Source of the DNA: Lama guanicoe | Lineage: Eukaryota | Length of the DNA stretch: 64,000 bases | Assembly (NCBI GenBank): GCA_013239625.1 | Contig: MU053629.1 | Coordinates: 3,561,567-3,625,566 of the forward strand | Direction of reading: 5' to 3' | Shown: positions 1 through 11,900 of the stretch, in pieces | Layout: every line of letters begins with the position of its first letter | Numbering within the stretch: position 1 is the first letter of the stretch | Notes under the pieces: model-generated | The model's input: only the letters and a program-made list of their open reading frames with translations | Databases searched by the model: none | What the model was told of the DNA's origin: nothing | Program-made: the position numbers and the translations under genes

Positions 1-1167
1 CGGAGCGGAGTGACGGCACATCAGGCCCCCGGGGGTGCACACACGCCCGCCTGCACGCACTCAGACAGGCATAACATCCTCAGCAGAATTCTGAAACGTC
101 CTTCCCAAATAGCCCGTGGAATTGAATTTCTGATATCTGAGTGCGTACGTGGATATGCATTTTTCCATTACTTGTTTACGCAGACTATAAAACATCACTG
201 TAGCGGAGTCGCCAATTTATGAACAGGTTGCCGGCTTCAAGTTCATTTGTTGGCTATTAGGAACTTAGAACGTATTTTTCCCCGGAAGCAAGAGCATGCA
301 TAAGCTTACTTAACCCATAACGCACTGCGCTTTAATATCACAAAGCGATTTTCTTTCTATTCACCAGGGGTTTGCAAACTCAAATGCACGTAGTGGCCAG
401 GTGCATGGTGTAAGTCAGGAGACCGGGGGCTGATGGAGGCTGTGCTGCGCATGCGCCGTCTGAAGAGGGCAGCCCCCTCCCCAGTTCCAGCCACCGGAGC
501 TCCTGGGAAAACGCAGACCCGATGCCGCACATCAGGAGACGCCAAAAACCGGTATCTTACGTGAAAATAGTTGGCAACTAATTAGAAAAAATTTTATACA
601 CGGTACAGATGAAATAAGACACATTGTTGGGCAGAAAATCAGGCTCATACTTGCAACCTCCACTCAGTAATGTTGCCTTTTTTTGAGAGGAAAAAAAACA
701 TTTTAATTTCTACAGGTCAACACCAGGAAAGTATTTTCCCTCTTCTGGCGAGGTGGGTGGGTACTAGTCCCAGGTTAAGGCTCCACCTTGCATGAGAGAA
801 GGCTAATATCTCTGGGGTTCTTAGAACCCAAGGCTGATGTAGGGCACCCCCCTCCCCCGCGCCGAGCCTAAATCAAACCACAGGCGCCGCCCACACCTGG
901 CCCCACTCCTTTCTGATGTGTCAGGGTCTTTTGTTAATAGGGTATGTGTGGGTCAGGAGCTGCCTGGGTTTTGCTTTATGGTATGGTGGTGGTGGTGATT
1001 ATTGCTGTATTATTTAGTCTCTTTGTTTTTACTGATTATAAATGTTACAGTAAGTTTGCTATAGAAAATCTTGAAATTTTTCCCTCCTAGAAGTAAGCAC
1101 TGTTCATCATGATTTCTTTTTTTTTTTTTCAATCTTTTCCTTTCTAATTGTTTTCACATTACGTAAG

Positions 1168-1596
1168 TGTAGTGGATGCCCACCACACCACCTCCCCCCA
1201 ATCCAAAATTATGTCCATGTCTTAATCTCTGGAACCTGTGAATGTGACCTTATTTGGAAAAGGAGTCTTAAGGATCTTGAGATGAGAAGACCATCCTGGG
1301 TTATCCAGGTGGCTCCTAAATCCAATGACAAATGTCCTTATATGAGACACTCAGAAGAGGAGGAAGCAGCGGGAGTGTGGAGGCAGGGACTGGAGCGACA
1401 CAGCCACAAGTCAAGGAATGTCCACAGCCACCAGCAGCTTGAAGACGCCAGAAGCGGATTCTCCCCTAGAGCCTGGGGAGAGAGCATGGTCCTGCCAGAT
1501 TTCAGACTTCTGGCCTCAAGAACTGCGAAAGAGTAAGGTTCTGTTTGGCCAATTTTATGGTAATTTGTTAAGGCAGCCTAGGAAAATCATGCAACA
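1168..1596 (+). mobile_element. MaLR solo LTR (MLT1C/D-like)
   Basis: Typical motifs ggaacctgtgaatgtgaccttatttggaaa, cttctggcctc.agaactg.ga and tggtaatttgtta.ggcagc. Confidence 0.8.
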
Positions 1597-2094
1597 ATAC
1601 ATGACTAAAAGGATGTATTAATTCAAACAATACAGGACTATGTAAAGTAAAAGAATGAGAGTCCCCCACAGGCCACACAGACCCCTCTATTGGGTGACAA
1701 CCTTTCTAGGCCTTTTCCTTTGCACGTCTCTCTCCCTCCCTCTCTCACACAAACACATACACACACAGACATGTGCACATAAATATACTTATACATCTCT
1801 GTGGTTTTTTTAAATAAATGAAACCATAGCTATGCTGCTATTTGCTCTTTTTAAAATTCAATATTTCCAGGGGATATTTGCATGTGTGTACATAAAGATC
1901 AGCCTTCTGCTTCTCAGGGACTGCGGCATATTCTATAAACATAGCCAATGTCCTTGTCTTCAGTGAGTCTAAACTTAGTAATAATATTACAATGACAAAT
2001 CAAAGTTGACTCTTCACTTGGCTACAAGAGAAGTTATTTCCTCCCTTTTCAGACTATACAGTAAACATATATAGCGTGTGTGTGTGATTAGCAC

Positions 2095-3089
2095 TGTTCA
2101 GCAAATACTTCTATCTTCTGCCCTTGGAACTGGGTGTGACCAAGCAACTTGCTTTAGGAAGTGATATGTGAGCAGAAGTCACTGGTGTCATTTCCAGCTG
2201 GAATCTTTAAGAGCAGATACACAATTTGTCTCATTATTTTTTCCCTGCCAAGCAATTACAGAAGCACTAAAGGGAGCTCCACCAGCCAAGGTCTCTTGGT
2301 AAGGATGACACAGAGTGGAGGAACATATGATGTGAGCAAGAAATAAACCTTTGCTTACCATATGACCCAGCAGTCCCACTCCTGGGCGTATATCCAGAAG
2401 GAACCCTAATTCAAAAAGACACCTGCACCCCAATGTTCATAGCAGCACTGTTTACAGTAGCCAAGACATGGAAACAATCTAAATGTCCATTGACAGATGA
2501 CTGGATAAAGAAGTTGTGATATAGTTATAAAATGGAATACTACTCAGCCATAAAAAAGAATACAATAATGCCATTTGCAGCAACATGGATGGACCTAGAG
2601 ATTGTCATTCTAAGTGAAGTAAGCCAGAAAGAGAAAGAAAAATACCATATGATATCACTCATATGTGTTATCTAAAAGGAAAAAAGACAAATTAACATAT
2701 ATATAAAACAGAAACAGACTCACAGACATAGAATACAGACTTGTGGTTGCCAGGGGGGAGGGGGGTGGGAAGGGATAAACTGGGAGTTCGAGATTTGCAG
2801 ATACTGACTGGTATATATAAAACAGATAAACAAATTTATACCGTATAGCACAGAGAAATATATTCAATATCTTGCAATTGCTCACAGTGAGAAAGAATAT
2901 GAAAATGAATGTATGTATGACTGAAGATTTGTGCTGTACACCAGAAATTGATACAACATTGTAAACTGACTATAACTCAATAAAATAAAATAAAATAAAA
3001 AGAAATAAGCCTTTGCTGTTTTAAACCACTGAGTTATGAGGGTTGTTTGTTACTGCGGCATAACTCAGCCAATCATAACTGATTTTACA
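2095..3089 (+). mobile_element. Old MLT1-type LTR interrupted by an L1 3' end
   Basis: MLT1 3' motif aaataaacctttgct...ttgtttgttactgc.gcataac is split by the L1 insertion. Confidence 0.65.
2356..2999 (+). mobile_element. 5'-truncated L1 (ORF2 end, 3' UTR, A tail)
   Basis: ORF2 C-terminal motifs, A-rich tail, 18-bp TSD aagaaataa(a/g)cctttgct at 2338-2355 and 3000-3017. Confidence 0.92.
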
Positions 3090-4561
3090 TTTATATCTAT
3101 TATATATATAATAGGTATTATATATATTGTATGTACATATCATATATATTTAAATATATATATATTTCCTACCCTTCTAAAACTGAAGAAAGATTAAAAT
3201 AAGTAATTTGAAAGAGAAGTGTGGTTTATTAGAGCCTGCTCTGTATTAATCAATATGAATAATGATACATTTTAATTCCGATTTAGTCATTTATCCTTTT
3301 TCCATTTGCACCAAGATGGTGAACTTAATGCCAGTGGAAATGAAACACCCTGCCATCAATATCAGGAAAATATCACACTGGCCATAAACAAACAAATATG
3401 TTTTGTGGATATGTGGGTCCGTGGCCTTGCTTTTAATCTCTAAATGCCACTGTGCTCTGCATCCAGTAATGAGGCAGTAGGTTTCAGATTATTTTCTGTG
3501 GTTTAACGTATGTTTGAGATAACAGTACTCTGTAAACTCACAGAACAGCCCTTCTCTCTTGTGTCTGGATAGGGGGATTGGCAGGTGCTGTTCACATTGG
3601 GGGGGAGGAAGTGCTTTCTCTGATCAACAGTGACGCCTCAAGCTGCTGAAAGAACATTGTTTGTAGGACTGGAAGAGGATCAAAATGCCTTCAGTTCTCC
3701 AAGTCAGAGAAGACAAGGCCTTGAAGGCTAAAATGGTAAACATAACAAGAGCCTTATGGTTTCCATGAAAGAGAGCGAAGATCCAAGCCTTTTCTCTCCT
3801 GGGCAAAAGAATACGTTTTAATGATATCTCTTAAAATGTCAGATTTAATAGGAAAAAAAAAAGAAAGAAAGAAAGCCCTCCTGCTTTTCCCCACCCAAAC
3901 ACTGCAATCAGTAAAGGTTCCTTAATCATGGCTCTGACCCCCATCACAATTCTACACGGAAGACGGGCAGCAAATACCGGCAGCCTCCCACTCTCCAGTT
4001 TATGACGGCAGCCAGCCACACAGTGAAGGACGTCTATAATGATGATGGCATTTTAAATTTAAAATTCAAATATTCAAAAATGCAGGGGCATCCTACCACC
4101 AGCACAGTGGGTTTTTAAGAGAGGATCCTAATCTGGGGCATACAGCATCAATCCTCTGTAGTGACTAAGGAGTACCACAAAAGGAGATGGTTCTCACCCA
4201 CCAGACCCCGCAGGTGCACTGCCCTCTCCAAGTGCATCCTGTGTTGGCAAAAGGGGCTGGACTCTATGCAATGATTCGTAAGTGAATTCGGGGCCCAGCG
4301 TAAACTGGTGACCCTTAAGATGAATAGAATGTAGGTTTGCATTGGTGGAGTGTTCTCCTCCCTGGCTTGAACTGAGCAAGGCAGCATTCTCTATTATTCA
4401 AAATACTGGCTCACTGGCTTGGTTCTCTCATTTCTTTTTTAAGAAAGTCATTAAAAAAAAAAAAGGAAAGTCATTTATGCTGCTCTCAGATACTTAATAC
4501 ATACCATGCTTTTAAACAGAACATATTGAGTTCAAATGTTTATTATAAAGCATTATGGTAG

Positions 4562-4924
4562 TGCTATGATCTGAAGGTTTGTGTCCCCCCCAAATTCCTA
4601 TGCTGCAATCCTAAACCCCAAAGGTGATGGCAATAGTAGGTGGGGCCTTTGGGAATTGCTTAAATCATGAGACAGGACCCTCGTGAATGGAATATAGTGC
4701 CTCATAAAAGAGGCTCAGGAGAGTTCCCTGGGCCCTTCTGCCATACGCAGATTCAACGAGAAGTCTGCACCCAAGAAGAGGGCGCTCACCAACCATGCTG
4801 CCATCCTGATCGCCGACTTCCAGCCTCCAGAACTGTGAGAAACAAAGTTCTGTTTTTGGTTCTGTTGCTTACACGCTACCCAGCCTGCAGGATTTTGTTA
4901 GAGCAGCCGGAACACACTAAGACA
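4562..4924 (+). mobile_element. MLT1A-like solo LTR
   Basis: TG...CA ends (tgctatg...ctaagaca); exact 5-bp TSD GGTAG at 4557-4561 and 4925-4929. Confidence 0.88.
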
Positions 4925-5498
4925 GGTAGGCAGAAATCTAAGATGGCCCCAGGATCCCTGTGCCCCTGCGTACACACACCTTCCCCAGGTTATACACACC
5001 TTCCCCAGGTTATTCAGTCAAACCCGAATCTAGATGCTGCTGTGAAGGGAATTCTGCAAATGCAATTAAGTTCCCAAATGAGTTGACCTGAAAACCGAAG
5101 ATTATCCTCAGCGGGCCCTTAAAGGAACTGGGTTCTTTCTCCTGGTGAAAGAGGTTTAAGTGTGAGAGGACCTAGAAGGGGCCATGTGACAAGGAACTGC
5201 AGGTGGCCTCCAGGAGCTCAGAGCTGTCCTGCCTAACATCCAGCATGAGAACCGGGGCCACAGTCCTACAGCTGCAAGGAACTAGATTCTGCCAACAGCT
5301 CTGTGAACTTGAAAGAAGACCGCAAGCTTCAGAAAGGAATCAGCCCAGTTGACACTTTGATTCTAGTCTTGTAAGACCCTGAGCCAGGGACCTAATCTGG
5401 CCACACCCAGGCTTCTGACCATAGAAATTATGAGATAATAAATGTTTGAAGCTGCTGACTTTGTGGTAACTTGTTATTCAGCAATAGAATCTGACACA
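4925..5498 (+). mobile_element. MLT1E-like LTR (host of the MLT1A insertion; its first bases are at 4554-4561)
   Basis: tatggtag|gcagaaatctaagatggcccc start; ends ttgttattcagcaatagaatctgacaca. Confidence 0.75.
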
Positions 5499-6964
5499 AA
5501 CAGATATAGCCTACTTGCTCTGGCCTAAAATGTAAAGAAAGTTAAGTCTAAAGGTAATTCTCACTTTTGGCCCTCATTCTTCTTCCTTTAGAACCAGATT
5601 TTAAAATTGTGTAGTTTAATAATGCCTTTTGATTATTAAATAGTGAAAGTTAAAGTTTAAATAAAATCTAATACTTTGTTTATATTCATCCAAAACCTGG
5701 AAGATGTCCCATAGGTTAGGATTATTACTAAGTACTCCTTATTCTCTTTTCCATTTTTTCACAAACTTTCTAAGTTTTCAGAAATCAGAGCTTATCGTTA
5801 TAAGACATAAAATGGAATCCACTTCCCCAAATTCAAACATATGCAGTAACAAAACAGTAAAATAAACAGGAAAACTCCTTGTAATATGTTTATCCAATAA
5901 AATATCTATATATTATGAGTGGTTTTCAACTGGTAATAATAATCCTACACTGTGGATGAAAACTTAATTTCATCAAATAACACTAATGCCAAAAAATTAA
6001 AATGACAAATAGTAATGTTCCTCTATCTGAGTTATAAATGGCTACCCACATAACTGAATTTTTTTTCTAGTCTGCTTCAAGACTTAAAGGATTTTCTTCT
6101 TCTTTTCTGTATTAATCAATGAAGCTTAGTTTCTAATTAATTCTGGAGCATCTGGATCTTTGAGCTCCTTGGATAAAGGTATTGTTTAATACTAAGGTTA
6201 TTTGCTGGTTTGGTTGTTGCATTTTAATGACAGTATGTGAAAGGCCGAGTTTCAACAGCTCAGATACCAGCATAGAAGGTACTTCAGCTAGAACACCCTC
6301 CCTTCTCCTCCCCACAAAAATCAATGAAACAGCGCCTCTTAGTGGTAGAAGGACAAAATGATCGGTTCGTTAACAGGACAGTAAAAACCTTGCCGAGATA
6401 CCAGTGGTAAGCGCAAAATAATTTTCTCTCAAAAAAATGAGAAAGAGTTAAGCGGAACATTTTAGAGTAATCATTGCAAAGTGGATTATGGGGATTCACA
6501 GAGTGTTTAGAAAGCCAAAAGGGAGCCATTGTATCTGCTGGGAAAAGTGAAAATCAAGGATTAACAGCCTTTAACATGTAGGAAATTAAATTATCTCTAA
6601 TACAAGTAGCAGAGCAATCTCAGTGGCCGTTTGTCCTCCAGTGACTCTTCCACTGAGATGGAGAGCAAATGAAAGTAAGCTGATTTTTCAGATAAATGGG
6701 ATAACGTTAGACATTTATACGACCCTTTAGAGTCATTGACTCATTAATACCACGATACCCAGCAACATCTGTCCTGCTAGCTGTATTTTATAATTGAAAT
6801 CACTAAGGCCCAGGGAAGTTAGGAGATCAGTAGGGTCAATATTTGAAACCCGTTGTTTCCAATTCCCTAAACCTAAAAGAAGTGGGTTTATCCAATGATC
6901 CACTATACAGAAGGTACCCCGCTCCGTACCTGGCCATATACCAGCTGAAAGGTGACATGAATGA

Positions 6965-7190
6965 GTCATTACTGCCTGGACACTGGAACCAAACTGTTTG
7001 GGTTCCAAGGCTGGCTTGAGTGTGTAGCCGGGGGCAATTATTCAATCCTTCTGTACGTCAGTCTCTTCGCCTGCAAAATGGAGTGGGTAACAGTATTACA
7101 GTCAAGGCATTGTTTTGAGGATTAAATGAGAAAACACAGGAAAAGTGCTTAGACCAGTGCCTAAAAGCTTGAGAAACATTAGCTGTAAGT
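6965..7190 (+). mobile_element. MIR SINE
   Basis: MIR core ctgcaaaatgg...gaggattaaatgaga...aaagtgcttag. Confidence 0.7.
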
Positions 7191-7994
7191 AGTTGATGCT
7201 GCATAGATTGACAAGCTCTTCAAAAAGTTGCAAACTCTGGGTTATACTTAAAGACTTCTAGGATGCACATCAGATATCAACAATGATAAATTACTTGGGA
7301 GAAACAGACTGCATGTAAGCAGAACTTCAACGTTTTTACTTGGCATCCTTCACAAGCATTGCCACAAGCATGCTGTACTATTGTTATTTTAAATAAATAC
7401 ATACAGAGAGACTATTTCAAAGCCTGCTTCAGTAATCCCCTCTAGCCCTTGGAGCTCACCGTCCAGAATTCCTTTCATACATTTAATCTCCCTGTTCTCT
7501 TAGCCCTTGTAAAGATGCCCCCACCCTCTCTAGGCTAACCCTCTGATGAGACCTTTTGATTATAATACAGTGGTTGCTGACGCTTGCACTCCCAGGGCGC
7601 ATTAAAAAAAAAAAAAAAAGGGAGGCAAACATTACAAACTCCTGCAGTGTAAGCACGCTGGTGCTCAGCCTAAAGAAGACTGCAGTCAGTCACCAGGGAA
7701 ACTGGACCACAATCATAGATTTCCATCAGCAACTAAGTACTGAAAGCTGTCACAGCATTACGCTATCTGGATACCAGGCTGTCCATCCGCGCTCGGATTG
7801 ACAAGGAAAGGGAAAACTGCAAAGAGAAGCAGGCCACCAAGCATCCTTCCCAGTATGGTACTGCAGTTTAGAACTGCGGGAGAATCCTGGAGCTGCTTCA
7901 TCAGGACATTCAGTATGTAGTAAGGAGTTCTGAAACAAACAGGCAGCTCTTCGGCAAGTTCCTTAATCTCCTTTGTAAAGTGGGAGTGTATTTG

Positions 7995-8850
7995 TTGGGG
8001 TCACATCAGGTACTATAATAAATGTTTATGTCTCTCCTACAAGAGACCCCTGTGGATGCTTCTGGGTAGGGGATGCTGGGCTCTGCTCTGTGCAGTTCTT
8101 CAGGGTCCAATCCTCTGGGCTTTGGCATCCAGTCAGGAACAGGAAGGAAGAGCATCCATGGGAGGTTTCTAAGGGGCAGGCCTGGAAACGGTGCCTGTAT
8201 CTTCTGCGGCCACAACTATCTATGCACAAGGGAGGCTGGGAAATATTTTCACCTGTGTGTCCAGAGAAAAAGAGGCCATGGATGTGGTGAGCAGAGAGCC
8301 AGTCTCTCCCACAAGAAATCACATGTAGATCAGCACTGGAAAAAGAGGTGAGACCAGATTAGTGGGCTCAGCTGGAGAAGCAGAGTCACAAGGGTTGACG
8401 TGATGGCTGAGCCAACTGACTTAGGACTAAGGAGTTTGAATTAAAAACACTCAAATAGTCACTAATGCTGCTCATCAAAGGGTTTCAGCACACGGCTTTC
8501 AAGTCAGGAGGTAGGAGCCGCACTACATATGTACCCCAATCACCCCACCCCACCCGTTTTCCGACCTTAGGTATGTGGTCAACGTGACTAGTTCTGTCCA
8601 ATAGGCAGAAGTGACATGTATCACTTCTGGACTGAGCTTTTAATTGCTGGTATAAGGCTGTCTAGAGGCCTCTTTTCCTTCTGCCGATGAAAAGCAAACA
8701 GAGCTCCAGGGATGACTGGCTCCCCCAGCCTGCGCCCTGGGGACAGAACACCTATAGGCACCCACGCAATGTCATGCTAAGTCACTAGGATTTTTGAAGT
8801 TGTGTATTACTTACTGCAGTACAACTGGGTTTATTCTGACTGAGAAACAT
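7995..8850. mobile_element. Two degraded MLT1-type LTRs (~7995-8310 minus, ~8520-8850 plus)
   Basis: MLT1-like motifs such as gcagaagtgacatgtatcacttctgg and ttactgcagt...ctgactga; boundaries approximate. Confidence 0.5.
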
Positions 8851-9104
8851 ATTTTCAGGCAAGAGGCATCAGATGGTCTGTGAAGTAAACAAACAAATCA
8901 ACAAAAAGGCATTCTTGTCCATTTTAGTACATCAGTTTGCAGAACTCAGGGAGCATGCTTTTGAGAACAGAATTTGTACATTGTTGCTGCAAGGCAAGGC
9001 AAAAGAAGTGCTTGATGGGCCTTGGGTTATTTTAAATACTGATAAAATCAACTTTTAATAAAGCTGCAGGCACATTCTCTTCCTTAAAAGATCATTAGTC
9101 CCAA

Positions 9105-9236
9105 GGGGGAAGGGTAGATAGCTCAGGTGGTAGAGCACATGCTTAGTGTGCATGAAGTCCTGGGTTCAATCCCCAGTACCTCCTCTAAAAGTAAATCAGT
9201 AAACCTAATTACCTCCCCCTCCAAAAACAACAACAA
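9105..9236 (+). mobile_element. tRNA-Ala-derived camelid SINE (Vic-1-like)
   Basis: A box and B box, aaacctaattacctcccc tail, 19-bp TSD aaaagatcatta(g/t)tcccaa at 9086-9104 and 9237-9255, at a TT|AAAA site. Confidence 0.92.
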
Positions 9237-10497
9237 AAAAGATCATTATTCCCAATTTGGAGAAAGTTTAAATCTACAAAATACTAAGGAGAGGTGTTAA
9301 GGACATACAGTCAGAAGTAAAAGAAAAATGAAGATGGGAGAGCTTTGGAGGAGATTGTGGGCAGTTGTCAGAAGCATTTTAATGTAGGGGACAAATCCTG
9401 TTGCTTGCCTGTCCTCTGGGATCTCTAGAACTGACTTCCTGAATTAGGGACTGCCTCCTGCACTGTTGGTGGCCTTATGGGCCCTCCTGTGCTCTGGCCT
9501 GTGGACCAGCACTGTCATGTTCTCCTAACTTGTGCAATTCCATCTCAGAGCTCACTCAGATCACACTGCAGATAACCTGGCATAAAAAATACAGTGAGTG
9601 AGGAACCATGACTCTTTAATATGTTTCCCTGGAGTAAGCGATCAAACAGGATACCCTAGTTCTGCTCACTTAACACACAAGGAAGCTCCAGTGTTCCCAG
9701 CCAGCTGGTTGAGCTGCTCTAACCAGAGCTCACCAAGTAGACCATAAACTTCTTAGATACGCAAGCTGTGTTTTATTTATCTGTGAATAGCACGATCATC
9801 AGGGAAGAGCCTGCTTTGGAGTCAGCCAGATTCTGGCTTGAATATTGATTCCACGACTTAATAACTGGGTAATCTGGCTGCTTAACCTCTCTAATCCTAT
9901 TGCATCATCTGTAAAATGGGGACAATGATGCTCGATTCCATTGACTGGTAGAAATTAAATGTGATGCTTCTTTGTAAATCTTCCGGTGCAGCTCAAAAGC
10001 TTTTGCTGGGTGCTTGGAAGAACAGTGGCTTCCATCCAACCAAGAGTGTGTGGTCTCAGAAGAGACTGGGTTAGTCTCCATCAAGTTTAAAGCAGAATTC
10101 CTCTGCTAGAGGCTGCAAATGCTATCGTGTTGAGGTTGAATAGACAATATTTACCTTAAGGGAAGGGATTGGTCTCCATTTTATCTGCATTGCTTGAATT
10201 TTTATATGGATTAAAAATACATGAAATTAAAAATAAATACAGCTTTTTAAAGTGGAAAAGAACATTGGGCTGGCAGGGTTGCTAGGCTTATCTGCTGAAT
10301 CTTTTAGCTCTTTCAGGGACAGCAGGAGCAACGAACAGGAAACACTAATAATTATCTATATTAACACAAAACACTAATAATTACCTATACTGATCAGGCA
10401 GCCCCATTCCCGCATGGACCTGAGGGTTGAAGCAAAGTGTAATAACCTTTTACAGTTGCGCCAAATCTTCACAAGAATTTAAACTAGCTTCCACATA

Positions 10498-10958
10498 CAG
10501 ATGACCCGACTCCCCATGGTTCCACTTACGGTTTTTGGATTTTACCTTGGTGTGAAAGGATACCCACCTGGAATTTTTATTTTTTTCTGGGCTAGCGATA
10601 TGCCGCGTGACACTACAGGGATGCTGAGCAGACGCAGGAAGTCCTGGCTCCCAGACAGCCCCGAGATCACAAGGATAAGCAACCAATGCACTCACAATCG
10701 TGCTGTACCTACACAACCATTCTGGTTTTCACTTTCAGTATAGCATTCGATACAAATTACATGAGATATTCAACACTTTGTCATAAAATAGGCTCCGTGT
10801 TTGATGATTCTGCCCAATTGTAGGTCAAGATACGTGTTCTGAGCAGGTTTAAGGTAGGCTGGGCTAAGCTGTGATGTTGGGCAGGTTAGGTGTGCAAAAT
10901 GGGTTAATCAGGATGGGTTTATCAGGACGTAAACCCACCATAAATGGAGGAAGATCTG
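10498..10958 (-). mobile_element. Tigger4/MER46-like Tc1-mariner DNA transposon
   Basis: TA|CAGAT...ATCTG|TA termini with TA TSD; internal Tigger4-type sequence such as aggtttaaggtaggctgggctaagct. Confidence 0.82.
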
Positions 10959-10999
10959 TATTATCTTTGTCTCCCTCAAGTCTTTTGGGTGGTTTCCAC

Positions 11000-11900
11000 C
11001 CCTCCCGGTTGGGAAACTAAGGCAGGGTTGCGGGAGCCTGCGGGCCCGGACTGGAGCACCCTCCCTGCAGGCCTCCTCCGGCTCTTAACCCCGGGACACG
11101 GGCCGTTACGGCGGTTTCGGTGCCCGGAGCCCGGAGCCCGGAGCACTCAGCCCGGAGCTCCGCGGAGACCAGGCCCAGGGGGCGGGCCCGAAGCCTCGGG
11201 CCTCGCCTCTGCCCGCGCCGCGCCGGGCCCGCCGCTCCCCGGCCTCTCGCTCGCGGCCGCCTCGCGGGGCCCGGGGCTCCGCCGGGGGAGCGCCGCCAGC
11301 ATGCTGCAGAAGCGCGAGAAGGTGCTGCTCCTGAGGACCTTCCAGGGCCGGACGCTGCGGATCGTGCGGGAGCACTACCTCCGGCCCAGCGTGCCCTGCA
11401 GCTGCCCGCTCTGCCCGCAGCCCGCCGCCTGCCGCAACGGTCCGGGCCGGGCGGGAGCCAGGGGAGCCGGAGTGGAAGCGAGGGCGGCCGCGGCGGCAGG
11501 GCAGGGGGCGGGGGCGGGCGGGAAACGGCGGGCCCGGGGTGGAGGGTGGGCCCTGGGGCGGACGGGCGCGGCCTAGAGGTGGAGCGCGAGGCGGCGGAGG
11601 CGCGGAGGCCGAAGCCCCCGGGCTTCCGCCCGGCTGCGGGGGTCTCTCCGCACGGACTCCCGACCGCTCCGCCCCAGAAAACGGGAGGGCGGGGAGGCAG
11701 GCGCCGGAGCGCCGCAGGGCCCGGGGAGTGGGGCTTTCGGAGGGGCCTGCGGGGCGCCGGCGCCCGTCGCGTCCTGCCCCCAGCACCGCGCTGGTGAAAC
11801 GGGGAGGTCCGAGCTCGGCGCCCTTCCCTGCGGGCCGGCGCGGGGGGAGCTGCCGCCGCCGCCGCCGCCGCCGCTCGTTGTGCATTGCTTTGCTTTGCTC
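11000..11900. promoter_or_regulatory. DIS3L CpG-island promoter
   Basis: Very high GC and CpG density spanning exon 1; GC box GGGGCGGG at ~11179; (GCCCGGA)n at 11122-11158; (GCC)7 at 11852-11874. Confidence 0.9.
11301..11439 (+). CDS. DIS3L: DIS3L coding exon 1 (139 nt)
   Basis: ATG at 11301 in context gccgccagcATG; MLQKREK...PAACRN; donor G|gtccgg. Confidence 0.95.

Noticed and set aside
6332..6345. CTCF-like motif (CCACTAAGAGGCGC on the minus strand)
   Set aside because: It mismatches at a core G position and cannot be supported without a PWM score or ChIP data.
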